Below, piece by piece: positions 14,061 through 26,998 of a DNA stretch of 64,000 bases; positions within the stretch are counted from its first letter, which is position 1; every line of letters starts with the position of its first letter. This DNA is from Eledone cirrhosa (taxonomy: Eukaryota): contig OZ024742.1 of the NCBI GenBank assembly GCA_964016885.1, forward strand, positions 74,896,001-74,960,000, given 5' to 3'. Under the pieces are notes generated by a model. That model worked only from the letters and a program-made list of their open reading frames with translations. It was not told the DNA's origin and ran no database searches. The translations under genes and the position numbers were made by a program.

Positions 14061-14104
14061 AAATAAAAACTGTTTGAGTATGTAAGCGTTCTTTGGTTCC
14101 TTTT

Positions 14105-14150
<46 letters not shown>

Positions 14151-14233
14151 GTTTACAGATATTTTTGCATACACAATAACAAAATATAAACAAAAGTATA
14201 TATTTCGCCATAAAGTATTGATTTTCTTCGCAG

Positions 14234-15090
14234 GTAATAATAACCCTATGAGGGGGTCCTACCAACTCCACTAGAACCCCTAGAAGGAATAGGCCTAGAA
14301 ATATCACCTGGCTTAACCCCCCCCTCCCATTCTCATCTAATCTGCCCACTAATATCCCTAAACGCTTCTTCTCTATCCTATCTAAACACCCCCCAACCAT
14401 AGATATTACAAACTCTTTAATAAAAACAACATTAAAATCTCATTCTCCACAACACCTAACCTAGCTAGCCACATCGCATTCAGTAACCATCATAAACTAA
14501 GACAGTATAACTACCACACCGCGGTACCACCCCCCATCAAATACACCACGCCACTACACCAATACTTACTCTAATACCACACCTCCCCCATCTAATCCTT
14601 CTAGCACGGACCAACCGCATAGTTTAAACAACCCTACCCTCACTAACCGCAGAAGTAACTGTAACTGCCGTTACCCTAATGCATGCCCACTAAATAGACA
14701 TTGCCTGACACCCAATATAGTTTAAAGGTGCACAGTTAAAACTGCTTCGCATACCAGCACCTATATCGGCTCTACCTCTAATCCTTTTAAGGTACGCTAT
14801 TACGCGCACTCATTTTCCTTCCGAGACCCTAGCAATATATGTTCAACATCTTTAGCTAGGCTCTTAAAAACCTTAAATTAACCAACATTGAACACTCACT
14901 AACATGGTATATCTTGGCTAGGGCCCAACTGTTCAATGGACGAAGAAACTTTTGTGACCTCTGTCTTACCGAAGCATATTACATAACTCTATCACGACCT
15001 CTACCGATTAAAGATAGAACGGAGGTAACTATTAGCTGTCAACATCGAAGGGCTAATTCATTCGCCAACAGAATATTTAACCCAACATAG
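14234..15090 (+). pseudogene. Naiad-like PLE 3' part (GIY-YIG), decayed
   Basis: RPRNITWLNPP, CNCRYPNACPLNRHCL, TYIGSTS.PFKVRYY.H, CDLCLTE, SCQHR. Confidence 0.85.
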
Positions 15091-15490
15091 TCATCTAGCC
15101 CCATTTTTACTTATAGCTAATAAGTTAAATAGTTATAGCTAACTTAGATAACTATAATAACTATACATACTAACTTAGATAACTATACATTGTCTCTCAA
15201 TTAAAAACAGAAAAAATTAGCACTTCTTAACTATAAACTACCCATAATTTCTAATTTCTCGAGGAGTTACTTCCCCTGAAACCACCCTCTAATTAGTAAG
15301 GTAAATATGTCCATTGGCGGCCATCTTGTTACCCATAGGCAGATCTCACACAATGCAGCCTCGACAGAAGAATACTGCTCGACTATGGCAGACAATAGAT
15401 ATACCCAGGACACCATAGTGAAATACCAATATATGGAACATTACATTCATGTAACATTCTTTCCTTATTTTAATTTATATTCCCTTTGAA

Positions 15491-15808
15491 GTTCCGATCA
15501 GCTGCTCTAATGGTACCTAAGTTAATTATTTTCAACTGAACCAGATCAATAATTGTTTCTATTTTCGGCACAAGGCCAGCAATTATCCAGTGCATTACTG
15601 GTACTTTATTTTATCGACCCCGTAAGGATGAAAGGCAAAGTCAACCTTGGCGGGATTTGAACTCAGATCGTAAAGGGACGTAACTATGCTGGAAAGCATG
15701 GCGTCCGACCCTCTACCGATACTGCCAATCCACCGCCCTGAACCAGATCAATAATGATCTATAATCATTTGATCCAGAAACATATGGAGTAGCGAAACAA
15801 TTGTAAAC
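15491..15808 (+). ncRNA. Decayed hammerhead with long stem II loop, split by a SINE
   Basis: GUU-CCGAUCA-GCUGCUC...GAGUAGC-GAAA-CAAUUG-UA-AAC. Confidence 0.55.
15536..15755 (-). mobile_element. tRNA-derived SINE with 18-bp TSD CTGAACCAGATCAATAAT
   Basis: Reverse complement of the 9503 SINE; perfect flanking direct repeat. Confidence 0.9.
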
Positions 15809-16088
15809 GGACATTATTATTATTAATATTATTATTATTATTCTCTACATTCCTTACATCAAACTAAAACTATGTTGACAATCTTTTAATAATGTCGTCC
15901 TTGTGAAATTTGTGGTCCTGTTTTGCTTAACTAATGAATATATATGTATATATATATATATAGTGTGTAACGTTTTTAGAAATATTGACTTCTGTGTTCA
16001 CAGATTGATTTCTTTACTTTCAGAAAATCCCGTTAGGGGTGAAACAGCGATTCTTTGCTTTAAGTTTAATTTTTTATTTTAATATATA

Positions 16089-16330
16089 CTAGCAGAATGG
16101 CCCGGCGTTGCTCAGGATTCTAAACATAGATTGGCATGTTTATCCATCCTTTCTGAAACCGTACAGAGAAGTACGGATAACTTGGCCTCGGGATGATGTC
16201 TACATTTTGTGCTTATAAAAAAAATTCCTCATAGATTATCAGGGTTTTTTTCCGTGCGAAGAAAATCAATACTTTATCGCGAAATAAATAGTTTTGTTTA
16301 TATTTTGTTATTGTTTATGCAAAATTATCT
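16089..16330 (-). mobile_element. Non-autonomous Helitron-like 3' end (second copy)
   Basis: Hairpin plus CTAG|T; matches 1232-1490. Confidence 0.65.
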
Positions 16331-16348
16331 GTAAACTAACTTATAATT

Positions 16349-16390
<42 letters not shown>

Positions 16391-16402
16391 TCTCTCTCTT
16401 AC

Positions 16403-16482
<80 letters not shown>

Positions 16483-16485
<3 letters not shown>

Positions 16486-16802
16486 TAATAAAAACAATGA
16501 ATAAAAACAAAGAAACAGTTTCTAGGATATATATGTGTGTGTTGGTATGCATATCATATAGATCTATGTAAAAATTTTACAAACTATCAGAGGAAATATA
16601 CATACATACACATATTTCTGAAGACAGCATATATATGTGTAGGTATGTATATTTCCTCTGATAGTTTGTAACATTTTTACATAGATCTATATGATATACA
16701 TACCAACACACATATATATATCCTAGAAACGATCGTAAAATGAGGAATTTTTTAATATAAGGAGCTGTTTCTTTGTTTTTATTCATTGTTTTTATTAATT
16801 TA
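16483..16802. repeat. Long imperfect palindrome (probable inverted pLTR stub)
   Basis: 16483-16605 is the reverse complement of 16644-16802 with an indel; contains HHR 3' half GAAACGATCGTA. Confidence 0.75.
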
Positions 16803-17095
16803 TCTTGACTCTGTTTTCCTATGATTTTCATCTAAAAAAACTTTTGAATACATCTTCTCTTTTCATGATATTTGGATTACATTGAGTTCTTCATACGGAT
16901 TGGACACTACCGTATATTTTGGTAAATTTATCTACACATATATATATATATATTAAAATAACAGATTAAAGTTTAAGCAAAGAATCGTTGCTCTCACCCT
17001 TTTACGGCATCTTCTGAAACTAAAAAAAAATCAATCTGTGAACGCAGAAGTAAATATTTCGAAATATGTTACACACTATATATATATACACGCAC

Positions 17096-17211
<116 letters not shown>

Positions 17212-17329
17212 CACACACACACACGCACATATAGCGTCATAATGTCGTAATGCAGACAGCCAGACCTACAGACAGCCAGACATACAGACATATATTATAA
17301 GGGCGCAACGTTATATCTATGTATCTATC

Positions 17330-17495
17330 TAAAAAGAAAGACTAAGAATTATAGAGAGATCGCTAAATCGCCTAAAGCTGTCCCTAGGGCATTGAAAATT
17401 TGAAACTAGGTTTGCTCAAAACACTCTCAAGTTTGAAAAAAGTCGGTTGGGTGGTTCTCGACTTTTAGGGAGTCAGACAGACAGACATTCTCTGT

Positions 17496-17505
<10 letters not shown>
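17330..17505 (-). mobile_element. Helitron-like 5' end fragment
   Basis: Minus strand TATATATAACAGAGAATGTCTGTCTGTC resembles the 5' ends at 751(-), 43220(-) and 48856(+). Confidence 0.5.
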
Positions 17506-17527
<22 letters not shown>

Positions 17528-18139
17528 GAATTGGTGTTCTGAAATAGCGATGTATATATGAATGTATATATAGTATATCTGGCAATATACTGTATGCTTA
17601 ATTAGAAACATTTTGAAGACCTTACGCTATTGTTCTAAAGTAGTGACTATGTCACTTACTCCTTTTTTCAACAAACAAAGGGAGATAAGCTGACATATCT
17701 CTGTTTCATACTGTTGGTATTCATCAGAGCTTAGCACTCGCTTTTGTTTGTTGAAAATTATAAATGTTGGATTCTTATAGAATTCTAGTAATAATCAGGA
17801 ACTGATTATACAGAGCGGTTGCCAGTCCAGCAAAAATTGAAAATTAGACCAGGAGCACAGAGTAAGATCGTCAAGTCTTTTCCCATCAATTCAGGACAAC
17901 CCGGATGGTTCCATAATTGAGGGTATGTTTGCTCGGGACAAAGCTCTTAAGTGGTAATAGGACAGTTTGTGTATGTGCGCGCATGAGTTTCTCGGCGTTC
18001 TTAAATTAGAGACACGTGTGTGTCACTGTCTTTAAATTAGACATATATATGTGTGTATCCCTTTCCTTCCTTTTACACACACATACATTCACACAAACAC
18101 ACATACACATTGCGTGATGGATGGGTGGAAAGAAGTCCC

Positions 18140-18790
18140 GCAAATTTATATACATGTGAATGGAGTTCTACTAAAGCAGTTAGAGAAGTTCAAGTATCTT
18201 GGAGCTGTGTTCATGAGTGATGGAATGCAGGGGGCTAAATTAAGTGTAAAAGCTGATGCAGTAATGCGCCAGCCTCAGCATTCAGCAATCGTATGAAGGA
18301 GGTTAGGTTTAAAAGCCAAACTTGCTGTCTTCCTGGTATTCCTGCCAACTCTTACCGAGGATCATGAATCTTGAGTAATGACCAAAAGAATACAAGTGTA
18401 AATAAAAGTGGCAGAAATGGGATTCCTCCGAAGGGTCTTTGGAGTAACTTTACTCGATAAAGTGCGTAGCTCAGAGACCAGAGAGTCACTCCTGGTAGAG
18501 CCGCTACTTCTCTGAATTGAGAGATCACAACTCCGATATTATGAGTATGTGGCTAGAATGTCTCAGTAAAGAATCGCTGGACACATTTACAGGCAAAACC
18601 AACCGGAAAGAGACCCAGAGATAGACCCTGAGCAAGATAGTTGGATAACATCCATGAGCTTGCCTGGTCACGCTTTGGGATCCAGCTGGATCAGTTAGAG
18701 ATGTTTGCTACTGACAGACTCGCTGGAAGGAGTGTTTGAGAAGGACTCTGCCCCCAGCACCCTCTCAGAAATAAATGGGTGAAGAAGATA
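18140..18790 (+). mobile_element. RTE-clade LINE 3' fragment
   Basis: LKQLEKFKYLG, AEMGFLRRV.GVTLLDKVRSSE, IERSQLRYY, GKRPR.RP; many lesions. Confidence 0.85.
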
Positions 18791-19056
18791 TTGTCAATTT
18801 ACTTTTCAATTTACATATATCTATATGCATTTAAATGTAAGTATGTATGTATACGTACATACATATATGTATACAGACGTACAGTAGTATGTATATATAT
18901 ATACATACATGCACACATATATATATGCCCGTATTGGTTTACCGAACATTTATTATAATGCTCGGTTTGTTTGTTTGTAAACAAACAAACAGCCCGAATT
19001 ACGCCGTACAGTGTTTAGGCAACCACGTCACCTTTTTCTTCAACACTGACACAGGA

Positions 19057-19099
19057 ACGATGTACTAGTTTCAAGCTTATTAGCTATCGTCAGCATCGT
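19057..19099 (-). ncRNA. Minimal type I hammerhead ribozyme
   Basis: ACGAUG-CUGACGA-uAGCU(AAUA)AGCUu-GAAA-CUAG-UA-CAUCGU; 6-bp stem I and full canonical core. Confidence 0.92.
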
Positions 19100-19530
19100 A
19101 TACTTTCCTGCCAGATGGTTGAACGTCTGAAAGTATATACTTTCCTTATGCATATCAACGGCTGAGCAGCCTAATTTGCATATCGAGTGAGTTCAGTCGG
19201 CCGGGCACACCGAAAACGATAAATGGAATAGAATGAAACGAAATTTCATTTCTCAATCTTAGTACGGCACTTACTTAAATGTAAGTATATATGTATGTAT
19301 ACGTACATACATATATGTATACAGACGTACAGTAGTATGTATATATATACACACATGTACACATATATATATACACGTATCGGTTTACCGAACATTTATT
19401 ATAATGCTCGGTTTGTTTGTTTGTAAACAAACAAACAGCCCGAATTACGCCGTACAATGCATATGGACGCGTTAATATGCATAAGGAAAGTATATACTTT
19501 CAGACGTTCAACCATCTGGCAGGAAGGTAT

Positions 19531-19573
19531 ACGATGCTGACGATAGCTAATAAGTTTGAAACTAGTACATCGT
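19531..19573 (+). ncRNA. Minimal type I hammerhead ribozyme (inverted copy)
   Basis: ACGAUG-CUGACGA-uAGCU(AAUA)AGUUu-GAAA-CUAG-UA-CAUCGU. Confidence 0.9.
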
Positions 19574-20104
19574 TCCTGTGTCAGTTTTGAACAAAAAGGT
19601 GACGTGTTTGCCTAAACACTGTACGGCGTATTTCGGGCTGTTGGTACATTATTTTATCGACCCCATAAGGTTTATATTTCTGTCACTAATTTTCTCCTTT
19701 TTCGTTTTATTACATTTCACCGTAATACAGTTTATATATATAATATCGTCTTTTTTAAATGTATCATTAATTACTTTACTGATTACAGAAGACAGTGTAA
19801 TATAGTCCGTACAATTGTAATACTTTTATTCTTATTAGTTTACGTACTCCATTTGCCCACTTAATCGAAAGACATCCAGTTGTTTTCCTTTGTCTCTGTG
19901 GTATTGTGATGTCTTACATGCTTCTTACAGGCGGCTTGTTGCAGCTGTCGTGCAACCAAGACTCACTATTATGTAATCTCTCCCTTATGCACAAAATTTC
20001 ATTGCTCAAGTGTTGGATCACAAGGAAGATGGCTGCTTTTGTTAGCTTGTCCCATGTGTTTCCTTTATTTCTGGGCAACATTGCCTCTTCTCTCACGCTC
20101 TCGC

Positions 20105-20131
<27 letters not shown>

Positions 20132-20135
<4 letters not shown>

Positions 20136-20390
20136 AAAGTTTGTCCTTCATCAGTGATCTTCCAACCATCATAGGCATTTCATTGCTTTAAAGACCATAT
20201 ACCTCCGGTTGGTGCGAGCAACGGCTAAAAAAAGTCGTTGGGACACGTAAATAAAGGGGACGCGAGGGTAAACCAACCGGAGGTATATGGTCTTTAAAGC
20301 GATGAAATGCCTATGATGGTTGGAAGATCACTGATGAAGGACAAACTTTTTTCATATGTAACCCATTTGCAAATCCGCAGCGCCCTTATT

Positions 20391-20467
<77 letters not shown>

Positions 20468-21140
20468 TTTTTTAGTTATTGCTCGCACCAACCTGAGGTA
20501 TATGATTTTTAATGCGATGAGATATCAATGATGGTTGGTAAATCACTGACGAGGGACTAATTTTATCATATGTAACCCATGTGCAACCACGCAGTATTCT
20601 TCTTTCTTATGTTTTTTATACATATTTACCTCGGCTGCGTTTGTCTGTTTCTCTCTTACTGCTTCCCCGTTCTCTCTGTTTCTCTCACCTTCTTTCGCCC
20701 CCTCTGTCAGTTACACTTTCTCTCGACTGACCTCTTCCTCGCACTTCCACTCACTCACTCTCTGTTTCTCCCCTTCTCACTTACCCCCGTTTGGCTAGTA
20801 GTGGGGTCTTTTCTTGCTCACATTTCACTCACGTCGGACGGTCTGTATCTTGATCGCTCATGAAATCCACCCAGCTTATGCTGACCGTATAACCATGTTG
20901 CTTGTTTATTTTCCTATCTTCGGTTTGCTTTTATCCATCTATGTTGTTTACTTGTCTCACTCGCTTTACGCGATTTACTTGTCCCAATAGCTTTTTTTTA
21001 GTTATTGCTCGCATCAACCTGAGATATAATGATTTTTAATGTGATGAAATATCAATGATGGTTGGCAAATCACTGACGAGGGACTAATTTTATCATATGT
21101 AACCCATGTGCAACCACGCAGTATTCTTCTTTCTTCTCAT
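20132..21140. repeat. Inverted plus direct repeats of a ~130-bp pLTR-like unit
   Basis: 20132-20212 inverted to 20272-20353; direct copies near 20467-20610 and 20993-21140; each has CTGAYGA without an intact GAAA. Confidence 0.7.
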
Positions 21141-21182
21141 GTTTTTTTTATATATATATATATATAGAGAGAGAGATTTATA

Positions 21183-21274
<92 letters not shown>

Positions 21275-21275
<1 letters not shown>

Positions 21276-23490
21276 TTTCTGAATTTATTTAGCAGTATTC
21301 TTTATCTGAAAACGTGTGTTGAAACCGATATTGTTATACTTTGGGAGGGTCATGTTGCCAATAAGAAACACACGCACCCGATGCTTTCACTTCAATTTAT
21401 TATAAACTAAATTATAAATTTAAAAATTTATAAATTTCCGGTTGGTTGGTTCCACAACCGGACGGTTGTTCATATATTGTCCAAGTTCTTTCGTCACACA
21501 TTCTGTGACCTCTTCAGTGACTGGGGATTCTTTTCTTTGTTTTGTGCCTCTCCTTTGTTCTGTCCTACGTCATCTTGCTTTTGTGTGTGTTGTGTGCTTA
21601 GTTTGCGCATGTGTTACATCCGGGTGTCTGTGTGTGTTTTTATTTGTTTTACCTGGTCTTTCTACTATCTGAATATTTAGTTTAAGTTTATCTAGGGCCC
21701 TTCTAAATTTGTAAGCTAGTTCACCTCTAGGGGTTGTATTGATGAACATTACACTCTGGTATTTATTGCTATCATACCATGAGTTTATTCTATTAACCTT
21801 ATTCCTAGTTCTTTCTATTCTATTCCAAAATTTGCTCCTATACAAGGGGCAGGTCCCATTTGTTTCATTATTTACCATTTTTTCCCATTTGGTTCTGGCT
21901 CCTTTATATACTCTGATTTTATCTCTCTGATTGTAAGCAGAGAATTGCATACGGCGGATGAATTGTTGTATGTGTCTCTCTAGGTCTTTGGCACATGCGG
22001 GACACGTTTCTCATCACACGTACTAAATCTGCAATCAGTATGTTGATTTTGGTGTGATCTGAAACAGCTGAGTTTCGGTGGATCAGATATTTGGAAGTCA
22101 TGGGTTTGGCATAATGGGAATGGAGGATTTGTTTTTTGTTATTAATGGTTTCTAACTATAGTAACTCTAATACTCTGGTGGATGGAGTTAGCTATTTGCT
22201 GGATGTTTTCCATGGTGTTTTTCTCTAATTCCTGACTGTTCTCTAGTGGGGGCGTTTTTACTACGATATTTATATCATCAACGTAGCGAGAGTACATTAT
22301 CAGGGTTAAGAGGTTGCTGTCTTCTAATTGTTCTTTAAGTTTATTGTCCCACCATACCATGAATAGGTTAGAGATGTCACCTGCAATTCTAACACCAATG
22401 GCTGCTCCCCCTTCTTGGGCATATGTTTTTCCATTAAATTTGAACATATGTTCCCTAAGGGTTAGTTTTATACTGGCCCCCACCGCATGTGCAATCATTT
22501 TCTTTAGTTCATCATGGTTTTCGGGGGTCCGTATGGCTCTGGTCCACCCGTTCCATCTTTCTGTGTAGGTTTTCTTGGCCATTGAGGTAATGGTAGGTGG
22601 TCTGCCTCTTGCTGGCATTGTGGGGAAGAGGTTGCTAAGGTCATACGTATCTAGATAATCATTACTATAAGTAAGTTTAAGTAGGAGTCCCAGCTCACTG
22701 GTATCAATCCCACGGAATTCAACATTGCTCTCACTGATCATTTTTACGCATTTCTCCACAGCAAAATCCACGTCAATGGATACAGGGACACAACATCCAT
22801 ACTACGTATTATACAGTCTGTTAGGTCCATAGATCGGTTATTTTCGCTGATTCTGCCGAGAAGGCCCTCCGTGCTGTCACATATATCCGGGGACATTTCA
22901 ATGGTGGGGCGTACGATCAGGGAGAAGAAGTAATAAAGACTGTAGTTACTAGCAATGTTAGCTTCACAGACTGGCCGTGTTGGTGGTCCTGTGACTGGGT
23001 CACTGTTCGTCTCATGGTCGTTTCGAAACCCATACAACGCTGGCACGTCATTGTTCCAGGCCTGGAAGTTGTTGGCAGTCCGTTTATTGGGCTGCATTAT
23101 GTTTGTCAACATCATCATATGAGCGTTGAGGGTTTTCTCTCTATCCTCATGCTCTCGTGGTGTTACTTCTCTTGTGTTAGTGATGTGGGCTTGCATTGCC
23201 TGGATGTAGTTTGGCAGGCTGTCAACCGACATTCTGCCAGACTTCTCTGTTGGAAAGCATGCAATCTCTCCATTACGTGAGCGCTGCATGAGCTTACGCA
23301 AGCCATTTGCATATTTTTCTCCAGTTGCTGGGCCTCCATTCTATTTTGTTTCTTGCTATACTGTTCTATAATATTTCTAAGTTTAGATCTAGCTATATTA
23401 AATTGTGTTTCTGTCTGTTCATCGACCTGCGACGGCAATTGCGTGCGTTTGTTAGAAGCTAAAGTCGTGCCGTGGACTCGTCGTAGGTCG
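21275..23490 (-). mobile_element. PLE family B copy 1, decayed, GIY-YIG deleted
   Basis: Close match to 35138-37759; RT motifs MDVVSLYP and YSRYVDD; ORF jumps from IVERPG straight to the 3' pLTR. Confidence 0.92.
21479..21521 (-). ncRNA. Hammerhead ribozyme, family B pLTR (slightly decayed)
   Basis: GUCA-CUGAAGA-gGUCACA(GAAUG)UGUGAC-GAAA-GAAC-UU-GGAC. Confidence 0.7.
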
Positions 23491-23677
23491 AAGGATGTAT
23501 CGGAAGGGTTATAAAAAGTAGAATTCCAGGCTGCTGCATTATGTGTTCTATATATATATATATACTGTATATATATATCACAGAAAAAAAGAGAATCAGT
23601 GTTGCGACGAATGGAATTTATTGGACATATTACAATCGTTTCTCTGGCGACCAGCTCGAGGCACGATCGATGTGATG

Positions 23678-23747
23678 AATGATCGAAACTGACTCTGAAA
23701 ATCACAAAGTCCTCAGATACGTCTTGATTCTACGAAGCTGATTTTCC

Positions 23748-23793
<46 letters not shown>

Positions 23794-23862
23794 GAAAAAT
23801 CACCTTCGTAGAATCAAGACGTATCTGAGGACCTTGCGATTTTCAGAGTCAGTTTCGATCAT
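23678..23862. repeat. Inverted repeat (~70-bp arms) around (TA)n
   Basis: gatcgaaactgactctgaaaatc...ctatt (TA)n aatag...gagtcagtttcgatc. Confidence 0.85.
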
Positions 23863-23864
23863 CA

Positions 23865-26090
23865 CATCTCCAGGACACAACAACTCGCCCTGAAAAACCT
23901 ACGGTATAGGGAACTTATATACTAACCACCCGACAAAGGTAAAGAGTTTTGCGTCATCTCTCAAGCCACATACAACAACCTAGCCTTTGAACACCTAAGC
24001 GACAATGAAATATATACAGAGATCCCGGACATGACTGCAGCCCAGATCGAAAAACAGACCAACTCCATCTGGTTCGACATCTGTAGGAGAAAACAACACC
24101 CAAATAAAGTTAAGCTCAACTACACCACTAGAAATAGCAGACTGCCCACTTTCTACCACCTCATCAAGACCCACAAGAATAGTACTAAGACACAAATAAG
24201 ACCCATCGTCTCTAGCATAGAAAGACCCCTATACAACATTTCCTGGCTCCTCTCCCAGGTCTTCAAGCCTCTAGTCTCCACCTTTCCAGGGCATGTCAGT
24301 AGCTCCGACGAAGTCATACGTAGACTACACCAACACCAGCCAGAACAACTTAAACTAAATAGATACGCCTTTAGCCTCGACATTGTCTCCCTCTACACTA
24401 CAGTCCCCGCTCATCCAACTGTCGATTTATTGACGGACTGCGTGATCGCAGAGGACATCCACTGCTACAACCTCCCTCCGACGGACATACACCAGCTTTT
24501 GTCCTTCACAGTGGACAACACGTACTTCACCTTCCACCACCACACATACAGACAGACAACAGGATTGCCCATGGGATCCAACCAATCGGGCCTGCTGGCC
24601 ATCACCTATATGAACCAGCTAGAATGCCGAGCCCTCAACACCTGCCATTCCCATACCTTCTTCACCCGATATGTAGATAACATGCTCATCCTTACATCAT
24701 CCCGTGAGGAGGCGGATAAAATATACATAACATTCTCCAGCATGGACGCCAGTATAAAGTTCAACCGCGGATCCCTATCCCTACTGGACTTCCAACTCAG
24801 GGTAACAGAGGAAGGTAACATCCACATCTGCTTCTATGAAAAAGCCGCCAGCAGGGACCTGTTCGTATATTTCAGATCGGCCCTCCCAACCGGCGCTAAG
24901 TTCGGATACATAAGGAACGAACTGGCACGTATCCGGAACAAATGCACCGATGCTAGAGACCGAGACACACACACCACACATTTCCTGGAAGTACTCAAAC
25001 TGAACGGATACACGACATCCACCACAAACCGTGCCAGAAAGAGCAGAGGACTCCCATACCCGAGGCACTAACACTTACTTCCTGAAGCTCCCACACTTCA
25101 GTGACGAAACAACAATAGCCATCCGCAAAGCTATCAGACGAGAGGGACTAGATATCCAACTGGCCCACTCAGGTCCTTCTCTACGCGGACAGCTAACCAA
25201 AAGACACTTCACCAGACACGACAACCGCTGCAAGCTAGCCAACTGCCTCATCAACGACACAGACCTATGCCACCAGGCTTACGTCGTATACAGACTAGAG
25301 TGCGACAAATGCAGAAACTTCTACGTAGGTAGCACCACCAGACCACTCCACATAAGAATAAAAGAACACCTCAATACTAACGCTTCCTCATTTAAGAAAC
25401 ACCTAGTTAAATGCAAAAACACCGACAAAACCATAACAGTTAGGATAGAAACTAAGGAAAGAAACCCCGGCAATCTAAGAATTAAGAAAACATTAATTAT
25501 AGACAAAACACAACCACAAATCAATAATAGACTAGAACTCAACACCCAATTTATAACTTGATAGAGCATCTAGCCCCATATTTACACCCACTCCCACACA
25601 CACGCACACACACACACACACATACGCACACACACACACACACACACGCTTACACCTCCACTTATTCTCTCTCACACACACACATACACACACAAAGACC
25701 AGTTCTAACACAAGATAAGATCTATCCCCCACATTTACGTATAGACATATCTTCTCACACTCACACACACACACATACTTACAACATCACGCATTCTCCC
25801 ACACACTTAAACAGGCATGTACAAAAAAAAACCTTTTAAAGGGAGACTACTCTTTATCCACCTAACCTTAACTCTTTGACATTAGAGATTGAACAGATAC
25901 TCTATACCATTTCCTGTCAGCATGACTTCGGCAAACTATTTAGAACACTGGTTTAACCGCTTTACTTCCCTCCGAAGAAGAGATATTATCTCTAAAATTA
26001 AGGACATTTAAATAAATCTAAGGTAAAAGACTAATTGTCAACAATATCTTTTGCATTTGCATTCTTTATTCTATGTCCATACCTGCATTG
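23865..26090 (+). mobile_element. PLE family C (related to A), 5'-truncated
   Basis: RT ORF 24031-25071 (DKGKEF upstream, IRPIVS, SLDIVSLYT, GLPMGS, RYVDN), GIY-YIG 25031-25561, (CA)n-rich 3' UTR, decayed HHR CCGAAGA at 25969-26003. Confidence 0.92.
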
Positions 26091-26102
26091 TTTTGGCTTT
26101 AG

Positions 26103-26273
26103 TATCAGTAGAGGGTCGGATGCCATGCTTTCCAGCATAGTTACGTCCCTTTACGATCTGAGTTCAAATCCCGCCGAGGTTAACTTTGTCTTTCATCCTT
26201 ACGGGGTCGATAAAATAAAGTACCAGTAATGCACTGGATAATTGGTGGCTTGTGCCTAAAGTAGAAACAATTA
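26103..26273 (+). mobile_element. tRNA-derived SINE, 5'-truncated
   Basis: Same family as 9503. Confidence 0.85.
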
Positions 26274-26321
26274 TACATATATAAACGTTTATATATATAT
26301 ATTATATATTGTATATATATA

Positions 26322-26500
26322 TAATTGTTTCTACTTTTTTCACAAGGCCAGCAATTACGCAGTACATTACTGGTACTTTATTTTATTGACCTCGTAAGGA
26401 TGAAAGGCTAAGTTAACCTCGGCGGGATTTGAACTCAGACCGTAAAGGGACGAAACTATGCTGGAAAACATGGCGTCCGATTCTCTACCGATACCGCCAA
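26322..26500 (-). mobile_element. tRNA-derived SINE, tail-to-tail with the previous copy
   Basis: Same family as 9503. Confidence 0.85.
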
Positions 26501-26532
26501 TTCACATAATATTATATATATTCGTTTGGTTC

Positions 26533-26568
26533 CTTTACCGGTTTCGCAGTTTTTCTGCTTTTCAAAAG
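26533..26568 (-). ncRNA. Minimal hammerhead with U3:A8 covariant core
   Basis: CUU-UUGAAAA-GCAG(AAAAA)CUGC-GAAA-CCGG-UA-AAG. Confidence 0.7.
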
Positions 26569-26759
26569 TAGAGTTGAGATGGAAGGTCTGTGGTTTTTCT
26601 CATATCTCACATGTGAGAAACCGGTAAAGGAACAAAACAAATACATATAATTTTTTAAAAATAAGACTCCAGTTGCATTTTCGATTTCATCTTTTTTTCT
26701 TTATACTTTCACTCGTGTAGGACACCTCAGTTATTCTTCATTTTGTAAAAAAACCTCAC

Positions 26760-26886
<127 letters not shown>

Positions 26887-26915
26887 ATATATATATATGT
26901 ATATATATATATATA

Positions 26916-26972
<57 letters not shown>

Positions 26973-26998
26973 GTTTAATAAACAATACAATATAAATA

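Larger units (their letters stand above)
18830..19641 (-). mobile_element. Retrozyme-like HHR repeat, locus 1: ~1.4 tandem monomers (period ~446) plus an inverted partial copy (19476-19641)
   Basis: Direct repeat 18937/19383; inverted arm; no coding motif recognised; contains HHRs. Confidence 0.8.
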
